In this document: piece after piece, positions 40,301-48,157 of the stretch
Layout of the letters: each line of letters opens with the position of its first letter
Position numbering within the stretch: the first letter of the stretch is position 1
Assembly (NCBI GenBank): GCA_041670805.1
Contig: JBAXYM010000003.1
Coordinates: 16,406 to 80,405 of the forward strand
Length of the DNA stretch: 64,000 bases
Direction of reading: 5' to 3'
DNA from: Patescibacteria group bacterium
GTDB taxonomy: Bacteria > Patescibacteriota > Minisyncoccia > JAHIHE01 > JAGLIN01
Program-made: the position numbers and the translations under genes
The notes under the pieces: generated by a model
What the model was told of the DNA's origin: nothing
Seen by the model: only the letters and a program-made list of their open reading frames with translations
The model's database searches: none

Positions 40301-41566
40301 CTTTTTCTCACAAACGATTAAGCATGTAGCATTATTTGCCAAAGCATTAGAAACAATTGCGGTAATGCTTTGACTTTTGCCAGTACCAGGAGGACCTTGA
40401 ATCAGTTTAATTTCATCTTTTGTTAAAGTGTTCACGATCTCTTCCTTGCTTGGATCAGTCTCAACTGCAGAAATAGTAGATGTCTGAAATTTTTCTAAGA
40501 CTAATTTTTCACTTTCGAATTCTTCAAATCTCTCAAGTAGCTCTTCCGTGGAATGAATAATAGTTTCGTTCTGTGATCTATAAAGGCCAAAGACCCCACT
40601 CCATTGTATCCAAGGTTTAGAATTAGCAATCGCCTCAACCTGTTTTGCATCGGGACATTTCTCAATCTTTATTTCTAAATTGTCTACCTGAGAATTTAAC
40701 TGGGATAAAATATTTTTACTCAATGCTATAAGTTCGTTTTGGTCTAATATTCCATCTTCCAGTATCTTTTCTGATATCTTTTCAATCTGAACAGATTCAT
40801 CTTTCGATAAATGAGAAACCAGTAGTTCGTTTATCTTAATTGGCGAATCCTCCTCTTTTTTGATTGTCCAAGTATTCTTATTCTGATAAGAACGCTGAAT
40901 ATCTAATTGCCAAATAAAAAGAGGAGCTTTTATAATCTTCGTAGGATCATTTCGATCACGCTTTATTAATATAGGATATCCAAAACCAAAATTTTTAAGC
41001 CCAAACTCCAAGAAATTGTCTTCATTCTCTATTACGATAGCATTTAATCTCTTCGATATAAGTGCAAGTCTTTTCTTTTCCTCCTCATCTATTTTTCCTA
41101 AATCAATTTTGTCATAGGAAATTGAAAATGAAAAAGACTCATTGTTAAGAATCGTTTCGATAAAATCAAACGGCATTTTTTGATCCACACTCATTAATTG
41201 GCATAAATCGAGACGGATCGCAGAACGTCCCGGAATTACATTCAGATGAATAGAACGAGCATTCCCAACCTTTAGTTTATCGAGCAATCTCTTTACGAAA
41301 TTTTTATCAAATTTTATTTGCGATATTTTTTGCTGAGCTTCTTGATTGCTTACATTAGAGTGCATTTTAGTTGTTTTGTCAGTGAAAACAGCAGTGGAAT
41401 TATCTTCTGTTTTTGTGGTTGTCGATATTTTTTTGTCCTGCTTCATTACTTCTTGCTTACAATAGGAACAAACTGTTCCACTTTTTACTTTATGATTTTT
41501 GCATACAATGCATAGGGGCTTATTTGCCCAATATGCTTGTGCGTCAAACTTGCGATAAGATTTCAT
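37376..41566 (-). CDS. Giant Upf1/DNA2-like SF1 helicase with an N-terminal zinc ribbon and a C-terminal Vsr/DUF559-type PD-(D/E)xK endonuclease domain
   Basis: 1396 aa; N-terminal CIVCKNHKVKSGTVCSYCKQ; Walker A LIQGPPGTGKSQSITAIV; motif II IFDEASQ; C-terminal GFRLDFVIKTGSKDVVLECDGKAYHSSEEAYAYDMYRQKELENMGFIVYRIW. Confidence 0.65.
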   Translation of the reverse strand: MKSYRKFDAQAYWANKPLCIVCKNHKVKSGTVCSYCKQEVMKQDKKISTTTKTEDNSTAVFTDKTTKMHSNVSNQEAQQKISQIKFDKNFVKRLLDKLKVGNARSIHLNVIPGRSAIRLDLCQLMSVDQKMPFDFIETILNNESFSFSISYDKIDLGKIDEEEKKRLALISKRLNAIVIENEDNFLEFGLKNFGFGYPILIKRDRNDPTKIIKAPLFIWQLDIQRSYQNKNTWTIKKEEDSPIKINELLVSHLSKDESVQIEKISEKILEDGILDQNELIALSKNILSQLNSQVDNLEIKIEKCPDAKQVEAIANSKPWIQWSGVFGLYRSQNETIIHSTEELLERFEEFESEKLVLEKFQTSTISAVETDPSKEEIVNTLTKDEIKLIQGPPGTGKSQSITAIVSNALANNATCLIVCEKKTALDVIHANLEKIGLEDFSMVIDDVNKDRKKTIERARNIKECSHNTLFSESEFNDKYNKFCQLKGEINSKHAESLKKVFGDFSWKQLIGLYLRFSKSGDIDQINSILDYRKLEFSHKEYSTYLSLVEEGSFLFGDLENNAEGIFQMLDHRLFSIGYKWATQEKIKDETSKFLEIIENIYLFLSNKEQNDCEEKNVSLFVPKTVEESGAVVLNAIENLEEIINLYEQGIALNRSSFNSKGYWQDLLLSLSSIANAENRKIFTIRKKISVLYDSVSKSILEMEKFNFEIRKMPDFKEYNSYEQLKSNVSEVLSKVRSAESKIKMIQAIEIKLKQAETNLAKIKKDEIFDFELINYGDLGSHESVCKYYLELKNKIEKIKSYLDSYESFHNWKYFCSNKNEFELQILSAFKRFPVENWKNIFNAWYYRGALLNYESNTGIGFHKSDSKLQQLTVLYKELEKQQIKQIKSVWNDNRNHKLSEITFNFNTLYNLRRNNAGPKNSLRNIIEKDFDLFTTLFPVILTNPAAANAILPLKQGLFNIVIFDEASQLRIPDTFTSLIRGQYKIIAGDEHQMPPSNYFQSTIEALDLEEKEDNDDVFNEEDEQNVLAESESLLQYATDLQNINKSYLDFHYRSNHPALIEFSNSAFYGGNLISFPAQEVYKPIEFRAVNGRYETRTNPAEIAEILKIIRDEIHPDQKGKYPSVGIATFNINQRNLITEALNEVAENDSEFAIKLQELRERGLFVKNLENIQGDEKDIIIISTTYGIKPDGTFSQNFARLNRIEGYKLLNVLITRAKHKLYVCTSIPKDKYLAYSEIIKNEGNNKKGILYAYLAYAEAISNHDNECADNILKLLKTQSFEKPRIISSTDGLSESPFEEEVYELLLDHFEKDNIIQQYKVGGFRLDFVIKTGSKDVVLECDGKAYHSSEEAYAYDMYRQKELENMGFIVYRIWSTNWFQDKEGEIKKLLRFVESLEK

Positions 41567-41576
41567 ATTTAATAAG

Positions 41577-42122
41577 TTATTTATACCAAATCATATAATC
41601 TACCCTTTTTCCTATTATATGTACGAGTACTTGAACGTCACCATCAGGATTTAGTATCTGAATAGTACTTTCTTTTTTTCTAGAGTCGATATATTTCGTA
41701 ATCGCCGGTGATAAAATATCATTATATGATTTTTTAGAAGGATACGAATATAAAGACCAATCTATGCCATTGCCGCTACCATCAGAATACTCTTCTCTTC
41801 CGACTTCTATCCTTGCATCATCATACCAATATTCATAATATTGATTATGCTCATCATTTCGAATATTATTAGGATTTCCGTACAAACCCTTTGCATTTTC
41901 AAAATTTAAACCCGGCAAAAAGGTGTGAAAAAGTGTAGTGTCTACTAGATCTGATAATTTAGCTCCTTCAACTGGTTTTATGGTAAGCCAGTGCTGATAA
42001 AACTCAATACTTTTCACTGGCGGTTCTCCAGCAATTTCATTTCGGCTTGACTGAACATAAAAAATTCTACCCAAAAGTAATAAAGATATTATAGCGACCG
42101 CTATTAGTACGTTTTTATTCAT
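41577..42122 (-). CDS. Secreted hypothetical protein
   Basis: 181 aa; signal peptide MNKNVLIAVAIISLLLLG. Confidence 0.35.
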   Translation of the reverse strand: MNKNVLIAVAIISLLLLGRIFYVQSSRNEIAGEPPVKSIEFYQHWLTIKPVEGAKLSDLVDTTLFHTFLPGLNFENAKGLYGNPNNIRNDEHNQYYEYWYDDARIEVGREEYSDGSGNGIDWSLYSYPSKKSYNDILSPAITKYIDSRKKESTIQILNPDGDVQVLVHIIGKRVDYMIWYK

Positions 42123-42331
42123 AGTAAATATTTATCATATTTCCTTCTTTTTGTAGAAATTGTCTTCATGAATCACAATAAATCACCATTACTTTACATC
42201 ATTTTTCGCTAAAAGTAAAGAAAAATCGGCAATTTTATACAATTTTATAGCATTAGTTATCAACAGCTGGTAGTCTGGACGCCCCACGTTCTATGTGTCA
42301 TCCATTGTAGTGTAATAACTAAGAACAATAT

Positions 42332-43651
42332 ATGGAAATAAACGGACTTCAGACCGCAAACCAGACAATCATAGCGAAGGAAGAAATAAAGTATTGCCTC
42401 TATGCCCGCAAATCAACCGAATCAGAGGAACGGCAAATCCTCTCAATTGATAGCCAAGTCAAAGAGATGCTGGATCTGGCAAACCGGGAAGATCTGAATG
42501 TTATAGAAATAAGGCGAGAATCACATAGCGCTAAAGAAACCGGACAGCGCAAGGTGTTTAATGAGCTTGTAACAGATATTAGGGCAGGTAAATTCAATGC
42601 CCTCCTCACTTGGGCCCCGGACAGAATATCACGAAATGCTGGAGATTTAGGAGCGATCGTAGATCTGATGGATCAAGGAATATTAAAAGAGATCAGAACT
42701 TACGGTCAGAAATTTAGCAATAACCCAAATGAAAAATTTTTGCTTATGATTCTAGGATCGCAGGCGAAACTGGAAAATGACAACCGAGGAGTCAATGTCC
42801 GGCGAGGATTAAGGACAAGAGCAGAGATGGGATTATGGGTAGGATTGGCACCTCTCGGATATTTGAATCAAAAACGAATGGATAAGAAATGTCAGGTTAT
42901 TCCAGACCCATTAAGATCTCCAGCTATTAAACAGATATTTGAAAAAGTGGCGTATGAGAAATATAGCGGACGACAAATACATAACTGGCTCAAGCATGAT
43001 CTTAACTTTTATACCAGAGGAAACAAGCCGCTAACTTTAAGTGGAGTTTATAGAGTCTTAGACAATCACTTTTACTATGGCATGTTTGAAAGGCCAGTTG
43101 GAAGCGGAAATTGGTATCATGGAAAACATAAAACACTTATTACCCAAGAACTTTTTGAGAAAGCGCAAGCACAACTTAAAAGAGATAAGATTGTCAGAGA
43201 AAATAAGGAATTTGCATTCACCAAACTAATTACCTGCGGGCTATGTGGTTCAGGAATATCAGCCGAAGAAAAATATAAAGAATTGAAGGATGGAACCACA
43301 GCTCATTATATTTATTATGGATGTAGTCGAGCAAGAGACAGATTTTGTAAGAACAAATATATTAGAGAAGAAGAACTCGTTGTTGAACTTCTTAAGATAA
43401 TTGATAAGGTAGATATAAACGAACTTGGAATGCTGACAAGACTTGAGATGGAAGTTGATAGATTCAATAAATTCCAAAACATGGTCTTTGGAGAAAAACT
43501 TAATAATAAAAAACAAAAGCCCGCAGTTGATATGCGGGTTTATGCAAAATATGTGCTTAAAGAAGGAAGTGTGACAGAGAAGCGAGAGTTATTAGCTAAT
43601 CTGAGGAGTAGAATAATATTGAGAAATAAAAAGCTAATATTAAATGATTGA
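42332..43651 (+). CDS. Large serine recombinase (paralogue of 21692-23014)
   Basis: 439 aa; same catalytic and zinc-ribbon motifs; near-identical over most of its length; preceded by a ~120-bp leader conserved with 21560-21690. Confidence 0.8.
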   Translation: MEINGLQTANQTIIAKEEIKYCLYARKSTESEERQILSIDSQVKEMLDLANREDLNVIEIRRESHSAKETGQRKVFNELVTDIRAGKFNALLTWAPDRISRNAGDLGAIVDLMDQGILKEIRTYGQKFSNNPNEKFLLMILGSQAKLENDNRGVNVRRGLRTRAEMGLWVGLAPLGYLNQKRMDKKCQVIPDPLRSPAIKQIFEKVAYEKYSGRQIHNWLKHDLNFYTRGNKPLTLSGVYRVLDNHFYYGMFERPVGSGNWYHGKHKTLITQELFEKAQAQLKRDKIVRENKEFAFTKLITCGLCGSGISAEEKYKELKDGTTAHYIYYGCSRARDRFCKNKYIREEELVVELLKIIDKVDINELGMLTRLEMEVDRFNKFQNMVFGEKLNNKKQKPAVDMRVYAKYVLKEGSVTEKRELLANLRSRIILRNKKLILND

Positions 43652-43661
43652 TTTTAGAAGA

Positions 43662-45152
43662 TTATTTATCTTGCTTCTCGTGTTTAATGATATCCCAATA
43701 TGGTTTTGCATAATCTTCTCCCTCTATGTCTTTAAGGAGCTTAATTTGCTTTTCTGGAATTTCAGCTATTAAGTGATCAAGATAATCTAAAAATTCATTT
43801 TTATTGTTAAGTGAAAAAACTTGTGATTTAAATTCTTTTAGCCTGAGATACCCCGGAGTGCCTTTGGGGAATTCTTTTAAAAGCAAAGCCGATTCCTTAT
43901 CTACAAAAAGAGCATCACAATAAGGTAAATAGCTTGAGATAAATTGAACATCTACTGTTGATTTCGGAGCATCTTTTTTCCCATTAGCAGCTCTATAAGC
44001 TAGCCCTGCAAACATAACAGAATTGATTTTAATAGCTGGGATTTCAAGTAATGAATCAATATCGCAAAGATATTTGGCAATTGTTGGTAGTATCTGAGTA
44101 TCTGGTAAATTGTTTACTTTTGTATATTCCCTGGTAATTTTAAATAATGTTTCCCATATATCACATGAAAGTGGTGGTAGTATATCATCCATTTCAAAGT
44201 TATAAAATTCTCCTGCTGCAATTTTTTTAGCAGCTATCTCCCTTCTTTTAGCAAATTGCTGTACGGCACCGCATATACCTTTTCCAAAACCTAAAGTTTC
44301 TTCCTTTACTCTATCAATAAAATTTGCTCCTTCGTCTTGCCATCTAGTCCATATTTCCTGAAGCTGTTCCTTAGTTAAAGCATTAATTTTATTAAGACCT
44401 TCAATTTCTCCAGGATAAGGATTAGCATTGACAGACACTCTTAGCCCTAATGACCAAGTATGTAAATTCTTAAAAGATATACCCTCTGGAAAATAATCAA
44501 ATTTAACTTTCTCATTATTCAGCCATCCCTTAAAATGAGTTTCAACTTGCATCCTTTCAATAATAGCACTTGGATATAGTGTTTTACCACATGAAAAATG
44601 CTCATATAATCTTCTCATTAATTTGAAATCTATTTTTCCGGTTAGCGATTCATTCAAATGATAAAAACTATCCGGACAGACGATTGCCTGAGATTTAGAG
44701 GCAGCTTCAAGTTTTGTAAATAGAGATTCCCAAAAGGGATCTGACATTATTTTTTGATGGCTTGGGTGCGTATTATCTAGTAGTTTGATTAAATTACTAA
44801 TGACAAACTGATCCAAATAGATAACTTTCTTATTGATTGGCGGCAAATCGTACACTTCTTGATAGCCGCATTCGGTACATTCTCTCGTGTAGGAAGACAT
44901 GCCTTCTATGCATGTTAGCACCCCAAAAGAATCCTGGACTTGACATTCTGGGTTGGGGCATTGTTTATATGGACCAGAAATAAAATCACGGCGCGTTATC
45001 CTCATACTTTTTTTCTCATTTACAACAGTTTCTTGATTTATTCTGTCCATACAGCACTTTTTATATTTTTTACCACTTCCGCAAGGACATGGATCATTTC
45101 TTCCAACTTTATCCATTTTGGTTAGGCTAAGGAAATTAATAAATTCCGACAC
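43662..45152 (-). CDS. SEC-C motif (SecA C-terminal-type metal-binding) protein with an additional zinc ribbon
   Basis: 496 aa; N-terminal [18 protein letters not shown]; later CPNPECQ...CTECG. Confidence 0.4.
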   Translation of the reverse strand: MSEFINFLSLTKMDKVGRNDPCPCGSGKKYKKCCMDRINQETVVNEKKSMRITRRDFISGPYKQCPNPECQVQDSFGVLTCIEGMSSYTRECTECGYQEVYDLPPINKKVIYLDQFVISNLIKLLDNTHPSHQKIMSDPFWESLFTKLEAASKSQAIVCPDSFYHLNESLTGKIDFKLMRRLYEHFSCGKTLYPSAIIERMQVETHFKGWLNNEKVKFDYFPEGISFKNLHTWSLGLRVSVNANPYPGEIEGLNKINALTKEQLQEIWTRWQDEGANFIDRVKEETLGFGKGICGAVQQFAKRREIAAKKIAAGEFYNFEMDDILPPLSCDIWETLFKITREYTKVNNLPDTQILPTIAKYLCDIDSLLEIPAIKINSVMFAGLAYRAANGKKDAPKSTVDVQFISSYLPYCDALFVDKESALLLKEFPKGTPGYLRLKEFKSQVFSLNNKNEFLDYLDHLIAEIPEKQIKLLKDIEGEDYAKPYWDIIKHEKQDK

Positions 45153-45228
45153 CTGTATTGGTTAATGCTTGCAATATAATTAAATACCCAGCAATACTGG
45201 GTATTTAATTATACAGTTCTATAAAATC

Positions 45229-45834
45229 TTACTTGGTGTAAGAGATAATGCCCTTTACAATTCCTTCGATTCTAAAATTGTTTTTATTGGCCAAAAAAGG
45301 CTCGAAGGATGGGTTTAAAGAAACAAGGATAATATCGTTTCCAGTTTTTTGAATTTTCTTAATCAACGCTTCGTCATTATTCACGCATACTACCATATCT
45401 CCATTATCTGCTTTATTATTTTTTTGGACGATTACCAAATCGCCACTTTTTATTTTAGGTTCCATAGAGTTGCCTTTAGCTCTAACCAAAAAAGCATCCG
45501 AAGAAGAAAATCCCAGTATCTTTGTTGATATAGGTACCCTTTCTATTGGATTACCATCCAAAATTGATCCATTTGGGCCGCATTGCGCCATTCCGTATAA
45601 GTTTAAAAATGCAATTCTCTTATCCGGAGAATCAATCAAGATTTGATAATCCTGTGGATTCCTGGGATTTCTCCTTAGATATCCTTTTATTTCAAGTTGT
45701 CGGACATGATGATGAATTATGCTTGTCGATGATATATCTAATTCATCTTTTAGCTCTCTAACGGTCAAAGGATCTTCGATATTATCCTTTAGTAAAGCAA
45801 GTAATTTTTGCTGTGTAGGATGCAGTTTCTTCAT
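45229..45834 (-). CDS. LexA-like repressor (N-terminal wHTH plus C-terminal S24 peptidase, Ser/Lys dyad)
   Basis: 201 aa; AKGNSMEPKIKSGDLVIV (Ser nucleophile) ... MVVCVNNDEALIKKI (Lys); divergent from the Ubl/E2-E1 operon. Confidence 0.6.
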   Translation of the reverse strand: MKKLHPTQQKLLALLKDNIEDPLTVRELKDELDISSTSIIHHHVRQLEIKGYLRRNPRNPQDYQILIDSPDKRIAFLNLYGMAQCGPNGSILDGNPIERVPISTKILGFSSSDAFLVRAKGNSMEPKIKSGDLVIVQKNNKADNGDMVVCVNNDEALIKKIQKTGNDIILVSLNPSFEPFLANKNNFRIEGIVKGIISYTK

Positions 45835-45956
45835 AAAATTACTTATATTTATTATTTATTATACCATGTGGATAATATGTGTGCAAGAACTTATTGACCT
45901 GTTCTAGTATTTGTTCTATACTGAATTTAAATTAAATAATCATAAGTAACAAAACT

Positions 45957-46235
45957 ATGAGCAACTCAGAAGAACACAAGGGCGAAGCGCCTGGTCAGAA
46001 CAAAGAATCTACGATAATTGTAAATGGCAGGGAAAAAATTGTAACTGGAAAAGAGTTAACCTTTACTCAAATTGTCGAATTAGCTTTTGGTCCTTCAACA
46101 AATCCAAACACTATTTATACGGTAATCTATAAGAAAGGTGATAATGACAAGCCTGAAGGTACTATGGTAAATGGTGATAAGGTTAAAATTAAGAATAAGA
46201 TGATATTCAATGTCACAGCAACTGATAAATCATAG
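45957..46235 (+). CDS. Small beta-grasp ubiquitin-like candidate protein
   Basis: 92 aa; first gene of a three-gene overlapping operon with the E2::E1 fusion; mixed K/G beta-strand pattern (GDKVKIKNKMIF); C-terminus is not Gly-Gly. Confidence 0.35.
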   Translation: MSNSEEHKGEAPGQNKESTIIVNGREKIVTGKELTFTQIVELAFGPSTNPNTIYTVIYKKGDNDKPEGTMVNGDKVKIKNKMIFNVTATDKS

Positions 46236-47385
46236 CCCTGATCTAAAAAGATTAAGGGATGACGGTTTTGAAATAGAAATTGTATCAGGTTACCTTTTGA
46301 TTAACAATGTGCCCTATTTTGATTCAGATAAAAAGCCTGTATACGGTACTCTTATTTCAGAGCTTACTTTGGCTGGAAATAGAACGACAAAACCCAATAC
46401 TCATGTTGTTCATTTTAAAGGTGTGTATCCTTGCAATAAGGATGGATCGGAGATAGAACAAATCAGGCATAATAGCAACTTGCAAACGCTTGCCGATGGA
46501 TTAGTGGTCGACCATTCATTTTCCAATAAACCGCCCGAAGGATACAATGACTATCATGAGAAGATGACAAGATATATAGATATTATTTCTGCCCCGATCC
46601 AATCAATGGATGGTTCTATTACAGCAAAGACATTTAAGCCTGTCGAATCTGAGGATGAGGATTCCGTATTCCATTATATTGATACAAATTCTAGCAGAGC
46701 AGAAATCAACCTAATTTCCGACAAATTAAAATATCATAAAATAGGAATCATCGGATTAGGAGGTACTGGTTCTTATATTTTAGATCTTATCTCTAAAACG
46801 CCGGTAAAAGAAATTCATCTTTTCGATGGAGATAAATTTTTGCAACACAATGCGTTCAGAACGCCAGGAGCAGCATCAATTGAAAAACTGAAAAAATGCC
46901 CGACCAAAATCGAATATCTTAAAGAGATATATTCGAACATGCATAAGAATATTTGCCTGCATCCCGGCTTTCTTGATTCCTCAAACATTGAACAATTGTT
47001 TGGCATGGATTTTATCTTTATTTGCATAGATAAAGGCGAAGTAAAAAAACTAATATTTAAATATCTTGAGGAGAAAAATATTCCCTTTATTGATGTAGGT
47101 ATGGGAGTATCTATCGTAGATAATAAATTATTTGGAAATATCAGGACTACTTCCAGCAAGGAAAACAAACGAGATCATATAAAAACGAGGGTCCCTCTTG
47201 TAAGCTTGGAAGATGATGAATATTCAACTAATATTCAAATTGCCGAACTTAATGCACTCAATGCGGCATTTGCTGTAATAAAGTGGAAAAAAATATGCGG
47301 ATTTTACCTCGATCAAGAAAATGAGAATAATAGCACATTCGCAATCAATTTAAATACATTAATAAGCGATGATCATGATTCATAA
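46210..47385 (+). CDS. E2-like domain fused to an E1-like (ThiF/MoeB-family) adenylation domain
   Basis: 391 aa; C-terminal Rossmann [17 protein letters not shown] plus downstream Asp (LFDGD); N-terminal ~150 aa with an [15 protein letters not shown] Cys-containing motif; overlaps both neighbouring genes. Confidence 0.55.
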   Translation: MSQQLINHSPDLKRLRDDGFEIEIVSGYLLINNVPYFDSDKKPVYGTLISELTLAGNRTTKPNTHVVHFKGVYPCNKDGSEIEQIRHNSNLQTLADGLVVDHSFSNKPPEGYNDYHEKMTRYIDIISAPIQSMDGSITAKTFKPVESEDEDSVFHYIDTNSSRAEINLISDKLKYHKIGIIGLGGTGSYILDLISKTPVKEIHLFDGDKFLQHNAFRTPGAASIEKLKKCPTKIEYLKEIYSNMHKNICLHPGFLDSSNIEQLFGMDFIFICIDKGEVKKLIFKYLEEKNIPFIDVGMGVSIVDNKLFGNIRTTSSKENKRDHIKTRVPLVSLEDDEYSTNIQIAELNALNAAFAVIKWKKICGFYLDQENENNSTFAINLNTLISDDHDS

Positions 47386-47791
47386 ATTTGTCGAAAATAT
47401 TCCAGACAATCTAGAAGAAGGAACTATCTATATTTCTATTGAATATGGAACTGTTGTGCATAAATGCTGTTGCGGATGTGGAAACGAAGTGGTTACACCG
47501 CTTTCACCAACAGATTGGCAATTGATATTTGATGGTGAAACTATTTCACTTTACCCTTCAATCGGAAATTGGAATTTTGATTGCAAATCACACTATTGGA
47601 TAATTAATGATAGGATTAAGTGGGCAAGAAAATGGTCTAAGCAGGAAATTGATGGTAATAGGCAAAAAGATAGTTTAGATAAAAAGAAATATTATAGTCC
47701 TAAAGATTCGTTTTATAACAAAGAAATACACAGTGAAAATAATAAAGGATTAAAAAACCTATTGAATATGATTTCTCGTTTCTACAGGTAG
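47369..47791 (+). CDS. Small protein with a Cys-cluster (zinc-binding) motif, third gene of the Ubl/E2-E1 operon
   Basis: 140 aa; [11 protein letters not shown] ... FDCKSH. Confidence 0.3.
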   Translation: MIMIHKFVENIPDNLEEGTIYISIEYGTVVHKCCCGCGNEVVTPLSPTDWQLIFDGETISLYPSIGNWNFDCKSHYWIINDRIKWARKWSKQEIDGNRQKDSLDKKKYYSPKDSFYNKEIHSENNKGLKNLLNMISRFYR

Positions 47792-47857
47792 TATGAAATT
47801 AGTCTTTAGTCATAAAGGTCGAAAAATAATACAACTTCAAATTTTATTAGCATGAAA

Positions 47858-47912
47858 ATACCCAGCAAAAGCTGGGTATTCGGGTCTATCCGATACTTTG
47901 TTGTCTTGGCGG
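47858..47912. repeat. ~54-bp repeat Y copy 2 (dyad hairpin, tRNA downstream flank and last 6 nt of tRNA-Ser); right end of island B
   Basis: atacccagcaaaagctgggtattcgggtctatccgatactttgttgtcttggcgg; duplicated at 27544-27596. Confidence 0.7.
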
Positions 47913-47996
47913 AAGAGGAGGGATTCGAACCCTCGAGACCCGTTAAGGTCTACTGCTTTTCGAGAGCAGCGCTTTCAACCACTCAGCCACCCTTCC
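47907..47996 (-). tRNA. tRNA-Ser (anticodon CGA), type II with long variable arm, CCA encoded
   Basis: rc reads GGAAGGGTGGCTGAGTGGTTGAAAGCGCTGCTCTCGAAAAGCAGTAGACCTTAACGGGTCTCGAGGGTTCGAATCCCTCCTCTTCCGCCA; anticodon loop CUCGAAA with U33 and A37; T-arm GGTTCGAATCC. Confidence 0.85.
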
Positions 47997-48157
47997 AAAC
48001 GGTTGATGCCGTATCAACCACTTTGCTATTTATTTTCGTCTATGCGTAATCGCTTTGTCTTTAACCTTCTTATTTTAACACTATTTTTGAAAAAAGAAAG
48101 AGCGCGAACAAACAGGCAAACAAAAAATCGGCTTGCGCCGATCTTTTTTCGTCTGCT

